From contig CAYSMO010000001.1 in the NCBI GenBank assembly GCA_964432125.1, forward strand, positions 1,126-65,125: 64,000 nucleotides of DNA, written 5' to 3'. The translations under genes were made by a program, and so were the position numbers. Below are positions 1 through 9,793 of this stretch, piece after piece; the stretch's first letter is position 1; each line of letters starts with the position of its first letter. The notes under the pieces were generated by a model, which was given only the letters and a program-made list of their open reading frames with translations, searched no databases and was not told the origin of the DNA. The stretch is from an uncultured Bacteroidaceae bacterium. Lineage in GTDB: Bacteria > Bacteroidota > Bacteroidia > Bacteroidales > GCA-2748055.

Positions 1-212
1 AATACAAATAAAATATCGGCCATCTCCTCCCCGAGAGATTTTTCTAATTCACCCTCTTTAAACGATTGTTCGCCATATTTTCTTGCAACAATTCTTGCCA
101 ATTCTCCTACCTCTTCCGTCATTAGGGCCATATTTGTAAGCTCATTGAAATATCGAACACCATATTGAGAGATCCATTGATCCACTTTTTCCTGAGCCTC
201 TGATATAGTCAT
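1..212 (-). CDS. MazG-like nucleotide pyrophosphohydrolase, N-terminal part (gene runs off the left edge)
   Basis: Truncated, so absent from the ORF track. Hand translation from the ATG at 212-210 (minus strand) gives MTISEAQEKVDQWISQYGVRYFNELTNMALMTEEVGELARIVARKYGEQSFKEGELEKSLGEEMADILFV. It shows the paired acidic-helix pattern (EEVGEL ... EEMADIL) typical of MazG/YpjD-type NTP pyrophosphohydrolases. Confidence 0.7.
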   Translation of the reverse strand, partial: MTISEAQEKVDQWISQYGVRYFNELTNMALMTEEVGELARIVARKYGEQSFKEGELEKSLGEEMADILFV

Positions 213-390
213 TTTATATGTTTTCAGTTTTAGTTAACTTCCGATTCTATTCTCCCTATCTCAATGAAACCTATTTTTTCAAGATCCTATCCATCACCAT
301 CCTGTCAGACCATCCTGCAACCCCACCACATCGGCTTTTTTCCTTGTCTTCCTGGCAACTTCTCTCCCTTTTTCACCGTCTCCAATACCT

Positions 391-843
391 TCATTCCCGA
401 TTTTTTGTATCAATGATGATGGTTACCGGGCCGTTATTTAGTAACGCTATATCCATATGGGCTCCAAATTTACCCGTCACAATCTTTTTTTCCAACAGGC
501 CCTGTAATTGTAAAACAAATTGTTCGTATATCGGTTCAGCAATGGATGGATCTGCTGCCCTGATCCAGGAGGGACGGTTCCCCTTTTTTGTGCTGGCGTG
601 AAGGGTAACCTGACTCACCACCATGGCCTCACCATTGATTTCCTGCAGGGAAAGGTTCATTTTCCCTGCCTCGTCATCAAAGATGCGGAGCCGAGCAATT
701 TTTGCAGCCAGCCATTCAACATCTTCGCCAGAATCTTCGTATTCGATCCCAAGTAGGACGCAGAGTCCGGAGGCAATCGACCTGTGGGTGTTTTCATTGA
801 TCGTGATCCTGGCATATTGAACCCGTTGAATGACTGCTCTCAT
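391..843 (-). CDS. dtd: D-aminoacyl-tRNA (D-tyrosyl-tRNA) deacylase
   Basis: ORF 391..858. I moved the start to Met6 because MRAVIQRV is the canonical Dtd N-terminus. Full-length Dtd-like sequence with the C-terminal NNGPVTIIID motif. Confidence 0.9.
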   Translation of the reverse strand: MRAVIQRVQYARITINENTHRSIASGLCVLLGIEYEDSGEDVEWLAAKIARLRIFDDEAGKMNLSLQEINGEAMVVSQVTLHASTKKGNRPSWIRAADPSIAEPIYEQFVLQLQGLLEKKIVTGKFGAHMDIALLNNGPVTIIIDTKNRE

Positions 844-916
844 TTTTCGAAAATACAAAAATTTACGGTGAAAATAGAAAGTCGTAGAAATGAACAGGAC
901 ATGAATCGTTGGCAGG

Positions 917-2086
917 TTAAAAACTCCATTTTAGACGAAGGTAACCGATAAAGGTGTTTTGCCTTTGGAGACTACCCTGCAGATTTTCTAATTCTGCTGA
1001 AAAACCCTGGAAGATCATGGAGGCTTTCAGGTTGTTGCTCAGCGACAGATCCACGGAAGGCCCCAGGAAGAATCCCTTCCAATCGGGATAATATATCCCT
1101 GCCAGGGATGCGTTTAGTAATGGGTTGATGGGGTAGGAGAGGCTTGCAAAGAAGGACCATTTGTTCAACCCGATGTGTTTTATGCTCAAATCCGTTCCGA
1201 ACAATTGCACGAAATTATATATCTGCATATCTTCTGCAAAGGTGGAGTACAATATTTCGGTCTGCAACCAAAGCGAATTCCCGAAGGTGTGATCCAGGCC
1301 TGCCGAGAACAGCATATCCCCTGTAGTATCTGCAAAATGATCAAGGTCCCTGAAATAGCTGACTTCACCACGAAAGGAGGAATTGGAAATGTTTCCACTC
1401 CACCCGGCCCCGAGTACCAGGTCCTGTTCAGTAAGGATTCCACCAATCAGCTGAAAATCATAACCAAGTGTATTGAACCTGAAATAACCGGCTGCAGTGA
1501 CCTGGTCGGCACTGTCGAGTTTGGCCACAAGCTCGATATTAGAGGCGATCCCCGTGTAATATTGCAACCTGATGGCGTCGCTGCCCGGTCTTTCGGGGTA
1601 ATCTACATCAAAATAGGAGTATGCATTGAATATGTCGTTGGGGTTCCATACAAATGTCTGTCCCCAGTTGATGCGCTGTCGTCCAATGGTTCCTACGAAA
1701 TCACCAGATGAAAATTCAGCATAGGCGCGGTCGAGCATGGAGGTAAATATATACCCGGTTTTATTGTTGTAAGTACCATCCGTGGATAGGGTCAGATCCA
1801 GCCAGCCAGCATCTCTGCAGATCATGTTGGCATAGCCAGGAAAATTTGAATAGGTGTTTCCCTGGATGAACCTTGTCCTGGACTGCAGGGAGACCTTCAG
1901 CCAGTCGGCTGGATAGAGATTCAGGTTTAACCGGTTATGCACCTGGTTTTCCCATATCCAACCTGTCTGTTCCATATGATATCCCGTTTGCATATCATTA
2001 AGATATCCAGAGAAGGAAACGACAGATTGTGCGTTTCCGGCAAGGGAATAGGCAAGTATAAAGAGTGCGATGGCAAGTTTGCGCAT
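917..2086 (-). CDS. Outer-membrane beta-barrel protein of unknown function, last gene of the ABC/LolA-like cluster
   Basis: ORF 917..2107. The likely start is MRKLAIALFILAYSLAGNAQS, a signal peptide. The sequence has alternating aromatic/Gly-rich strands and ends ...YLRLKWSF with a terminal Phe typical of OM barrels. It lies 8 nt downstream of the ABC ATPase gene. Confidence 0.6.
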   Translation of the reverse strand: MRKLAIALFILAYSLAGNAQSVVSFSGYLNDMQTGYHMEQTGWIWENQVHNRLNLNLYPADWLKVSLQSRTRFIQGNTYSNFPGYANMICRDAGWLDLTLSTDGTYNNKTGYIFTSMLDRAYAEFSSGDFVGTIGRQRINWGQTFVWNPNDIFNAYSYFDVDYPERPGSDAIRLQYYTGIASNIELVAKLDSADQVTAAGYFRFNTLGYDFQLIGGILTEQDLVLGAGWSGNISNSSFRGEVSYFRDLDHFADTTGDMLFSAGLDHTFGNSLWLQTEILYSTFAEDMQIYNFVQLFGTDLSIKHIGLNKWSFFASLSYPINPLLNASLAGIYYPDWKGFFLGPSVDLSLSNNLKASMIFQGFSAELENLQGSLQRQNTFIGYLRLKWSF

Positions 2087-2115
2087 ATGTGTTATCAGCT
2101 GATTCACGGTGTCTG

Positions 2116-2799
2116 TTATTTGTTTTCGTCGCTGATCACTTTACCATCTTCGATGGTAACCACCCTCCTGGCTTTCTTGACAACGCGGTTGTCGTGCGTG
2201 GAAAAGATAAACGTAAGGTTCTCTTCCCGGTTGAGCTCTTCCATGATATCCAGCAAGGTCTCTGTTGACTTTGAATCCAGGTTGGCTGTGGGCTCATCAG
2301 CAAGAATAAACTTTGGTTTGGAAGCAAGTGCACGTGCCACGGCAATCCGTTGCTGCTGTCCGCCCGAAAGCTTGGAGGGCCTGCTGTCTGCCCTGTCTCC
2401 CAGCCCAACTGCTTTAAGCATTTCCATGGTGCGTTGCTCTCTTTCTTTTTTGGAACGTTTCTGGAGGTTCATGATGAACTCAACATTCTCTTTAGCGGTA
2501 AGCACAGGGATCAGGTTGTATGACTGGAATACAAAACCGATGTTTCGCATTCTGAAATCGATCAGGGCTGAAGATTTCAGCGAGGAAAGATCAGTGTTAT
2601 CCACCAGGATTTTTCCTTCGGTAGGTGTATCAAGCCCCCCGATCATGTTCAAAAGCGTAGTTTTTCCCGATCCGGAGGGACCGACAATGGCAGAAAACTC
2701 ACCTTCTTCAAAGTCAATCGTGATACCGTTCACTGCATGTACCTTGACTTCTGAACTGTTGTAGATCTTATGTACGTTGTTTAATTCCAGGACTTTCAT
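2116..2799 (-). CDS. ABC transporter ATP-binding protein (MacB/LolD-like)
   Basis: Walker A GPSGSGKTTLLN, ABC signature LSGGQQQRIAVARAL and Walker B FILADEPT. Confidence 0.92.
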   Translation of the reverse strand: MKVLELNNVHKIYNSSEVKVHAVNGITIDFEEGEFSAIVGPSGSGKTTLLNMIGGLDTPTEGKILVDNTDLSSLKSSALIDFRMRNIGFVFQSYNLIPVLTAKENVEFIMNLQKRSKKEREQRTMEMLKAVGLGDRADSRPSKLSGGQQQRIAVARALASKPKFILADEPTANLDSKSTETLLDIMEELNREENLTFIFSTHDNRVVKKARRVVTIEDGKVISDENK

Positions 2800-2817
2800 G
2801 ATGGTATGTTTTTATTG

Positions 2818-4245
2818 TTATTCTGTTCTGAGTGCTTCAGCAGGATCCAGCTTCAGAGCTTTTATGGCCGGGTATACCGACGAGAGGATACCTGTAAAGA
2901 TGATGAGCAGGGTTACGGTAATAAAAAATGTATTAGAGATCGTAGGGTAGATGTGGGCCGAAAATCCCATGGCTTCGAATCCCTCTGATGCCCCCGCAAA
3001 ATTGATCCCGTTTTTGTGGGTGATCACCAGGATGATCTTGCTGATGATCATGCCTGCCACACCGCCAATCAGGGACAGGAATACAGATTCAGACATGATC
3101 ATGGTAAATACTCTTTTTTTATTCATGCCAATGGCTGTAAGCATCCCCAGTTCCTTGGTCCTTTCAAGTATCACCATCAGCATGGTGTTGACGATACCAA
3201 AGGAAAGAGCTGCCAGGATGATGATCATGAATACGGCATTGAATTTTTCAATCATCGATGTCATCATCGCCAGATCAGGCGAGATCTCCTTCCAGTTCTG
3301 AACCTCCAGATTGGGGTGTGCCTCCCTCAATGCTTCAGTAACCTGCTTTGTCTGGTCCCTGTCGGAAATTCGCACAATAACCTTGTGTGCGGCCTGGTCA
3401 TTCAGGCCAGTGAGTCTCTGCAGGTCACTATTCAACACAAACACCCTGGAGCTTTCATACATGCTGTTGTTGATGTCATAAATGCCTGCAATCCTGAACA
3501 TCCCACCAGTCTGTATATTGTCCTTGTCCAGAAAGGTAAGCGTAAGCTTGGAGCGGCCCCTGAAGGTCCATGCATGCTCCAGTATCTTTTGCCCGTATTT
3601 TTCCGATTCTTTTCCGGAGAGCCGCTTCTGGAGGTCCTTGACAAACAATTGCTGACTTGCATAGCGTTCGCCTGTCATGGGCTTCAGTTTTTCAAGGATC
3701 GTTTCCGGCAAACCCTCCGACCGGAGGCTGTCGATGATGGCATCATCCAGCTCGTATCGGATGATATTCAGCTCTTTGGCCAGATCCTCGCCCACCAGGG
3801 CCAAGCTATACCTGCTCTCATTTTCAAAAAAGGATCCAGTACCGGGAATGATTGTTTCATAGAGGTTGAAGACCCTTTTTTCTTGTGCAGGATCGATTCC
3901 AATCAGCTGTATTCCTGTGCTTTTGGTTGCCGTGTGCGCAATGGCATTCACCAACATGCGGTTTGTTACGGCATCCACACCAGGGGTTTCACGTATGCTT
4001 CTGTTTAACGCCTGGATGCTGACCAGGGTAAGTTTCAGGTCATTGTTGTCCCTGAATTCTTCCCGGTTCAGCTGAATGTGCGAAATCTCCTTGTTAATGG
4101 CTGCGTCCACGCGCTGTTCCATGGTTCCGTTCATAAGCCCGACGGCAAAAATACCTGCGAAGATCCCAATGGTGACAGAAGCGATCACGACCATGCTCCT
4201 GGTCCTGTTCCGCCATACGTTTTTCCATGCTGTTCTTAGTATCAT
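2818..4245 (-). CDS. ABC transporter permease, FtsX/MacB-type with a large periplasmic domain
   Basis: ORF 2818..4356. I set the start at MILRTAWKNVWRNRTRS, the canonical FtsX-family N-terminus, 12 nt after the upstream stop. The layout is TM1, a roughly 300-aa periplasmic domain, then 3 C-terminal TM helices. Confidence 0.85.
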   Translation of the reverse strand: MILRTAWKNVWRNRTRSMVVIASVTIGIFAGIFAVGLMNGTMEQRVDAAINKEISHIQLNREEFRDNNDLKLTLVSIQALNRSIRETPGVDAVTNRMLVNAIAHTATKSTGIQLIGIDPAQEKRVFNLYETIIPGTGSFFENESRYSLALVGEDLAKELNIIRYELDDAIIDSLRSEGLPETILEKLKPMTGERYASQQLFVKDLQKRLSGKESEKYGQKILEHAWTFRGRSKLTLTFLDKDNIQTGGMFRIAGIYDINNSMYESSRVFVLNSDLQRLTGLNDQAAHKVIVRISDRDQTKQVTEALREAHPNLEVQNWKEISPDLAMMTSMIEKFNAVFMIIILAALSFGIVNTMLMVILERTKELGMLTAIGMNKKRVFTMIMSESVFLSLIGGVAGMIISKIILVITHKNGINFAGASEGFEAMGFSAHIYPTISNTFFITVTLLIIFTGILSSVYPAIKALKLDPAEALRTE

Positions 4246-4256
4246 TGGTACTCTTT

Positions 4257-5672
4257 TTATGCCCTCAGGGCGTTTACAACTTTCAGACTTAATATCTTTC
4301 GCAGAGGATTGAAAAGAGACACCAGGACCATGATTCCGACAACGAAGGCCTGCCACAGAAAATATTTACTCACAGGTTCAAAGACCAGTTTGGGTTCGAA
4401 ATCGTATTGCTCCATCATATGGGCCAACTCTCCTTTAAAGATGATCGGGTGATGGACACCGTAAAGAATGATCGGTATGCATACAATACTCCCAATAACC
4501 ACCCCCATCAGCCCGATAAACATCATTTCGTAGGTTATCACCGTGGCCAGTTTTTTCTTTTGCATACCGATGGCCACAAGCACTCCGAACTCCCTTCTCC
4601 GCTCGGCTGTCATCATCAATACCGTCCCAAAAATCCCGAAGGCGATAACCAGGTAAAGAATTCCAATCATAAACATACCGCTGATGTTGTCGGCCTCCAT
4701 CTGCTGAATCATCACTTCATTCATCTCTTTCCAGTCGACCATGCGCGTGTTTGCCGGTATTTTACCGGAGAGCCTTGCTGCGGTTTCTGTTATTTTTTCA
4801 TCTTCGTTTTCTTCCAGATGCAAGGCTACAGAAGTAAGCATACCGGGTGCATTGTACAGCTGCTGTGCGATATCCAAAGGAAGGTAGATGACCTTATTGT
4901 CTAAGTCAGGTGCTGGCTGTCGAATGATCCCCTTAACTTCATATTTTCCTGCAGCAGTAGTGCCGTGGTATCCCTGCCCCATTAGCACAAGGGTATCCCC
5001 GATGGAAAGTTCCAGGTATTGTGACAACCGGTCACCAACCCAGGCACCAGGTTCACCTGTGTGAATGTCCCCGTTTTCAAAACCGGCATGGGCAGCCAGC
5101 CTGGGCAGCAAGTCACCATCCTTATCCGGATCCAGTGCCAGGTCGTTGAGGAACCGGCTTTTGGATGTATAGGAGTAGTTTTCAAATTTCTCTACGATCT
5201 CCCTGGTCTTCTCAGGCAGTGATGTGTCCTTGCGAATTTCTGTAACTGCTGCAGGGGTAAGCCTGTACTGTACCTTTTTATCTGCTACCTGTGAAAGCAG
5301 GTTTTCCTTTTCAGGATCAATACCCATGACCATGACACCCTTTGTATTGGGACCGAAGGCCGCCAGGGCAAAAGATTCGAACCGGGGAATGGTACCTGTA
5401 ACATTGGGATCCTGCAGCAACTTTTCTTCCAGTGTGTCGGTATACCTGAAGGCATTATTCACGGTCTTGTTGTCCCACCACTCCTTCTGCTGTACCTGTA
5501 GATATCCGCTGTAGGATTCGATGGCGGTTTTATACATGTAATCGTAAGATCCCAATTGAAGGGACCGCATGATCAGGGCAAAAAACACGGCAAAAAACAC
5601 AGAGGCCACCGTGATCATTGTCCGCCGCCGGTTCCTCCATAAATTCCGCCATGCAAGTGTGTGGTTTTTCAT
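4257..5672 (-). CDS. ABC transporter permease, FtsX/MacB-type (paralog of the neighbouring permease)
   Basis: N-terminus MKNHTLAWRNLWRNRRRT, a large periplasmic domain and a C-terminal FtsX 3-TM bundle. Confidence 0.85.
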   Translation of the reverse strand: MKNHTLAWRNLWRNRRRTMITVASVFFAVFFALIMRSLQLGSYDYMYKTAIESYSGYLQVQQKEWWDNKTVNNAFRYTDTLEEKLLQDPNVTGTIPRFESFALAAFGPNTKGVMVMGIDPEKENLLSQVADKKVQYRLTPAAVTEIRKDTSLPEKTREIVEKFENYSYTSKSRFLNDLALDPDKDGDLLPRLAAHAGFENGDIHTGEPGAWVGDRLSQYLELSIGDTLVLMGQGYHGTTAAGKYEVKGIIRQPAPDLDNKVIYLPLDIAQQLYNAPGMLTSVALHLEENEDEKITETAARLSGKIPANTRMVDWKEMNEVMIQQMEADNISGMFMIGILYLVIAFGIFGTVLMMTAERRREFGVLVAIGMQKKKLATVITYEMMFIGLMGVVIGSIVCIPIILYGVHHPIIFKGELAHMMEQYDFEPKLVFEPVSKYFLWQAFVVGIMVLVSLFNPLRKILSLKVVNALRA

Positions 5673-5756
5673 GGTTCATGATCATTTATTCCTTGTATAA
5701 CATTCATATACTGGCATATAACAGTTTTTATCCAATAGCACAGAGCCTGGATTTCT

Positions 5757-6521
5757 TTATTCTCTTACACTCTTCATGTTTTGTTGTGAAAAAAACTGAT
5801 CGGGGATGGATACGTTGAATTCAATATCCTCGATCAGCAAAATGGTTTTGTTTCCCTCCTCCTCTTCGGGAACCACCTCCAGGCGGGTGGGAATCATCCT
5901 GCCATCCATTTCCCTGATACGGCTTCCTGTCTCAGTCCTGACCAGGTATCCGTCAGCATCATATAATTCAGCTTTCAGGAACAGGAAATCGTTTTTGTCG
6001 ATCCAGCGCAGCTGATGCCCCCAGATCACAGCGGCCTCTTCCCTGGCATCCAACCTGATCCTGTAGCAGGCCCTCTCCTCAATGGTGTCCTCACCAACAA
6101 CCTCGTGGGTGTAATCGTTCACAATGGAAGACTCCTGCAGGATATCGTCATTGGTATAATCAGAACCCATCCATCCCTGGGACATCATGGAAGGAGGAAG
6201 CTTAATCAAACGACTGATCGATGGATTCCAGCTCCACATCTCATTCCCGCGTTTCAGGAACGTTTGTCCTTTCTCACTGGCCGGAGCAGTGATCAGGGTA
6301 AGCGATTTGTCTGTTCCCTCATTCCAGCTTTTGAATTCCACGGTTCTTTCCCAGGTGGGCCGGACAATGGTCATTTTCATCTCTGAAACAGCAGATTTTT
6401 CTCCGTAGAATTTGTTGTCTGCTTTCTCGATAATCTCTTTTGCCGTTGGTGCCTGCGCAGCTATACTACCGCAGTAGGCAATGATCATTAAAGGGAGGAG
6501 TGCATGTCTAGTTGTTTTCAT
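5757..6521 (-). CDS. LolA-like outer-membrane lipoprotein-sorting / carrier family protein
   Basis: ORF 5757..6590. The likely start is MKTTRHALLPLMIIAYCGSIAAQAP, a signal peptide. It is about 250 aa and beta-rich, and resembles proteins annotated as outer membrane lipoprotein-sorting protein that accompany FtsX permease pairs. It overlaps the TetR stop by 14 nt. Confidence 0.55.
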   Translation of the reverse strand: MKTTRHALLPLMIIAYCGSIAAQAPTAKEIIEKADNKFYGEKSAVSEMKMTIVRPTWERTVEFKSWNEGTDKSLTLITAPASEKGQTFLKRGNEMWSWNPSISRLIKLPPSMMSQGWMGSDYTNDDILQESSIVNDYTHEVVGEDTIEERACYRIRLDAREEAAVIWGHQLRWIDKNDFLFLKAELYDADGYLVRTETGSRIREMDGRMIPTRLEVVPEEEEGNKTILLIEDIEFNVSIPDQFFSQQNMKSVRE

Positions 6522-7119
6522 GGTTTTTCCTTGTATATTTATATATGATCCTTTCTTCGTATTTTTTATATAATTCCGATGGAAGGTCAATCAGGTCATC
6601 ATAATAGAGCATCATGATTCCGAAACCCTCCAGGATAACCGAGAGTTCAAACAGCTCCAACTGGGGATCGGGGTACCCCTGTTCTGTAAAATATTTTGTG
6701 AACATCACGAAGTATTGTTCCGTGAAAGAGACCAATAAGCTGTCTTTCAACAATGTTTTCACATTCGGTTGAATAATCAAACTGAAGAACTTTGTGAAAA
6801 ATGTACGCTTGTCGTGCATCAATTGGAAGGTCCTGCGGATAAAGTGCTCAAATTCCTCCGGGGTAAGGATGCCATCCCGATTGGGATCCAGGGAGTTCAT
6901 AATCTGTTCGACACCTTCATTGAGAATCTCTTTCAGCAGATGCTCCTTGCCTGGGAAATAATTGTACATCAAACCTTTTGAAATCCCGGCACGCTGGGAG
7001 AGTGCAGCGATGGATACATGACCATATCCCTCCTTGGCAAACATCTCCAACGCGGTAGACATAATCTGGCTTTTTCGGTCCTCCCTGATCTTCTCGTATT
7101 GTTCTTTGGTCCTCGGCAT
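6508..7119 (-). CDS. TetR/AcrR family transcriptional regulator
   Basis: N-terminal HTH region IMSTALEMFAKEGYGHVSIAALSQRAGISKGLMYNYFPGKEHLL. It is the first gene of the minus-strand cluster. Confidence 0.9.
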   Translation of the reverse strand: MPRTKEQYEKIREDRKSQIMSTALEMFAKEGYGHVSIAALSQRAGISKGLMYNYFPGKEHLLKEILNEGVEQIMNSLDPNRDGILTPEEFEHFIRRTFQLMHDKRTFFTKFFSLIIQPNVKTLLKDSLLVSFTEQYFVMFTKYFTEQGYPDPQLELFELSVILEGFGIMMLYYDDLIDLPSELYKKYEERIIYKYTRKNHENN

Positions 7120-7125
7120 GTTTTA

Positions 7126-7143
7126 TGACTGAACGTTCGCTCA
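7126..7143. promoter_or_regulatory. Imperfect palindrome with a perfect GAACGTTC core; candidate TetR operator
   Basis: TGACTGAACGTTCGCTCA is 14/18 self-complementary and lies 7 nt upstream of the TetR start codon, in the divergent spacer shared with the ECF sigma gene. Confidence 0.4.
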
Positions 7144-7261
7144 AATATAAAAACTGAAAACGAACATATCAAATTTTTCAGCATTTTTTTAAATGAATAT
7201 GCGATCTTCGCTGTAACTTTTCTTAACTTTCATCGTCTTAAGTCCGGAACCCTGAATTAAA

Positions 7262-7747
7262 ATGACATTAGAAGAGTATAATATAGCAGTTGACCTGTAT
7301 GCCGACAATTTATACAGATTTATTCTGAAGAATTGCAAAAAGGATGAGATGGCTCAGGATATTGTACAGGAATCATTCGAGAAGATGTGGATTAAAATAG
7401 AACAGGTCGATGGAGAAAAGGCCAAGTCGTACCTTTTCACAACCGGTTATCATACCATGCTCGATATTCTGAAGAAGGATAAAAGGATGAGTGGGTTAAA
7501 TGAGACAGCAGCGAACAGTTACAACTCTTCTGAGCAATATTCTGATTTGGGAGAGGTACTCCGGGATGCGATGGATAGGTTGCCGGAGATACAACGATCA
7601 GTGATTATGCTGCGTGATTATGAAGGTTATTCCTATGAAGAGATCGGGGAGATAACCGGGCTGACCGAATCGCAGGTTAAGGTATATATTTACCGGGGAA
7701 GAATCAGCTTGAAAAATTATCTGGTTAAAATTGAAAACATCATATAA
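7262..7747 (+). CDS. RNA polymerase ECF-type sigma-70 family factor
   Basis: 161 aa. Region 2 reads DIVQESFEKMW and region 4 reads QRSVIMLRDYEGYSYEEIGEITGLTESQVKVYIYRGR. Confidence 0.9.
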   Translation: MTLEEYNIAVDLYADNLYRFILKNCKKDEMAQDIVQESFEKMWIKIEQVDGEKAKSYLFTTGYHTMLDILKKDKRMSGLNETAANSYNSSEQYSDLGEVLRDAMDRLPEIQRSVIMLRDYEGYSYEEIGEITGLTESQVKVYIYRGRISLKNYLVKIENII

Positions 7748-7751
7748 GATC

Positions 7752-8834
7752 ATGAAAATAGACAGAGACAATTATGAAGCGTACTTTCTTGACTTTGCTG
7801 AGGGAAAAATGTCTCCAGAGCAGGAAGAGGTGTTGCTTCGGTTTCTGCAATTTAATCCGGATCTTGCTGATGAACTCCGGATATTCACAGATCCCAGTTA
7901 TCCCTTTGCAACGCCGGAAACAATTGTCTATCCCCGAAAAGAGTCACTGAAGCAACTGTTTCCAGAAAAAATTAAAATAATTTCCAGAAAAAATTTTGAT
8001 GCGGTTTGCATTGCCTACCTGGAAAACGATTTGCCAGAGAGGCAAAGAATCCTTTTTGAAAAATACCTGGAAGAACAACCTTCAGCAAAACCTCACTTTA
8101 CTGCTTTTCAGAAGACTTTCCTCAAAAAAGAGCATATTGAATTTCCAGGCAAAGAACAGCTAAAGCATCAAAAAAACAGGATTTTTGATTGGAAAATATT
8201 AATTCCAATTGCTGCAGCCGCAGCCACCGCTATCTTTATCATTGTATCTTCTCCTTTCCAGAACCTACCGGCTGAAATAACTTCAATTGCTGAACCTAAG
8301 GAGAAGGAGGAACTTGTAAGGGAGACGGCTGATTCAAAAAAAGCCGTTTCTGAGGTAGCTACGTCAAGTTTGAAAGTAATAAGAAATACAACCGCACCTG
8401 TACCTGTTTCCAATTACAAGAAAAAGGATCAGGAGAAACGGAATGAAACAGAGCAAAATACTGAGAATAATAAGGAAACAACTGAAAACGTTCAAGTAGC
8501 AGCCATTGATTTTAAACCTGCGTTTACAAAAGAAGTGACAGTAGAATACGATCAGCTTAGACATGAAATCATTCCTCCAATGGATATTAACAGAAATTCA
8601 CTCTCTTTAATCGATCAGATGCGATACAGAACAATGAGGGTCACAGAAGCGGTCGAAGAGGAAGAGGCTTTAATATGGAGCCTGGCAAGCAATGGGTTAA
8701 AGGAGTTAAACAGGATTAGGGAATCGGAAACAACACTGTTGGCCTCCAAAAATGAAGAGGGAGCAATTTCCGGAATCCAATTTAAATCCCGCTTTTTAAA
8801 TGTAACAGTACCCATAAACAGGAATGAAGATTAA
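7752..8834 (+). CDS. Putative anti-sigma factor / single-pass membrane protein of unknown function
   Basis: ORF 7731..8834. The start is probably MKIDRDNYEAYF, 5 nt after the sigma stop. It has one TM helix (ILIPIAAAAATAIFIIV) and a K/E/N-rich low-complexity C-terminal half. The anti-sigma role is assigned only from its position after the ECF sigma gene. Confidence 0.4.
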   Translation: MKIDRDNYEAYFLDFAEGKMSPEQEEVLLRFLQFNPDLADELRIFTDPSYPFATPETIVYPRKESLKQLFPEKIKIISRKNFDAVCIAYLENDLPERQRILFEKYLEEQPSAKPHFTAFQKTFLKKEHIEFPGKEQLKHQKNRIFDWKILIPIAAAAATAIFIIVSSPFQNLPAEITSIAEPKEKEELVRETADSKKAVSEVATSSLKVIRNTTAPVPVSNYKKKDQEKRNETEQNTENNKETTENVQVAAIDFKPAFTKEVTVEYDQLRHEIIPPMDINRNSLSLIDQMRYRTMRVTEAVEEEEALIWSLASNGLKELNRIRESETTLLASKNEEGAISGIQFKSRFLNVTVPINRNED

Positions 8835-8839
8835 CTTCT

Positions 8840-9793
8840 TTGACTATATTAGCCCAAAAATTGAGCTTGAATCAAGGATTGGTCATAAAATCAACAGGAA
8901 GCTGGTATTATGTAAAGGTTTTCGCTGATCGTATCATACCCTGTAAAATAAAAGGCACATACCGCATGAGTGGTCTAAGAGCCACTAATCCGGTTGCTGT
9001 TGGGGATATAGTTACGTACAGACCAGCAGACGATGGAACCGGAATGATCACGGGTATTGGTAAGAGGAGAAATTATATTATCAGACGTGCGACAAACCTT
9101 TCAAGAGAATATCAGTTGATCGCCTCCAATATTGACCAGGTATTTCTAATGATCAGCCTTATTCGACCCGTTACACACCTGGCTTTTATTGATCGTTTTC
9201 TCGTTTCAGCAGAAGCTTTCCGAATCCCTGTCATATTGATCATTAACAAAGTTGATCTCTATTCTGAAAAGGAGATGAAAGAGATGAATAAGTTCATTGA
9301 AATATACAATGATATAGGATACCGGACACAGGAGATTTCCCTGATGACCAAATACAATCTTGAGATGCTGGAAGAATTGCTTGGTAACCAGACAACCGTG
9401 GTAACTGGAAACTCAGGGGTGGGTAAATCGACACTCCTCAATTACCTGAATCCCTGTCTTGATCTCAGAACCAAAGAAATTTCCGGACAGCATAATACCG
9501 GACAGCATACAACCACTTATGCTGAAATGTTCTTTCTGGCTTCTGGTGCAAGGATTATTGACACACCCGGGATTAAAGGATTTGGTATGGTTGATATTGA
9601 AAAAGAGGAACTTTTCCATTTTTTCCCGGAGATATTCAGACACAGTCAACATTGTAAATTTCACAATTGTTTACACATCAATGAACCTGGATGTGCAGTC
9701 ATTGATGCAGTATCTGAAAAGAAAATTAGCAAATCCCGATACCTTAATTATCTGGATCTTTTAGATGATGTGGGAGACAAATACCGGAAATAG
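8840..9793 (+). CDS. rsgA: Ribosome small-subunit-dependent GTPase A
   Basis: Circularly permuted GTPase motifs NKVDL and GNSGVGKSTLLN, and a C-terminal zinc knuckle CKFHNCLHINEPGCAV. The TTG start comes from the ORF track and the exact start is uncertain. Confidence 0.9.
   Translation: MTILAQKLSLNQGLVIKSTGSWYYVKVFADRIIPCKIKGTYRMSGLRATNPVAVGDIVTYRPADDGTGMITGIGKRRNYIIRRATNLSREYQLIASNIDQVFLMISLIRPVTHLAFIDRFLVSAEAFRIPVILIINKVDLYSEKEMKEMNKFIEIYNDIGYRTQEISLMTKYNLEMLEELLGNQTTVVTGNSGVGKSTLLNYLNPCLDLRTKEISGQHNTGQHTTTYAEMFFLASGARIIDTPGIKGFGMVDIEKEELFHFFPEIFRHSQHCKFHNCLHINEPGCAVIDAVSEKKISKSRYLNYLDLLDDVGDKYRK

Noticed and set aside
296-317. 9-nt direct repeat ACCATCCTG x2 (13-nt period) in the 178-nt dtd/mazG spacer, in a purine-rich (minus strand) stretch.
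   Set aside because: It is too short to distinguish from chance. I found no associated ORF, hairpin or recognisable RNA motif.
1937-2764. 275-aa plus-strand ORF across the ABC ATPase gene.
   Set aside because: It is antisense to a gene with unambiguous Walker A, signature and Walker B motifs, and it has no motifs of its own. Similar antisense ORFs were rejected for the same reason: 1175-1711, 12435-12872, 22402-22815, 43112-43672, 47618-48037 and 55245-55769.
3016-4008. 330-aa plus-strand ORF rich in His, Cys and Gln.
   Set aside because: It lies entirely antisense to a well-supported FtsX-type permease gene. It is low-complexity with no recognisable motifs. This is a typical shadow ORF in a GC-richer region.
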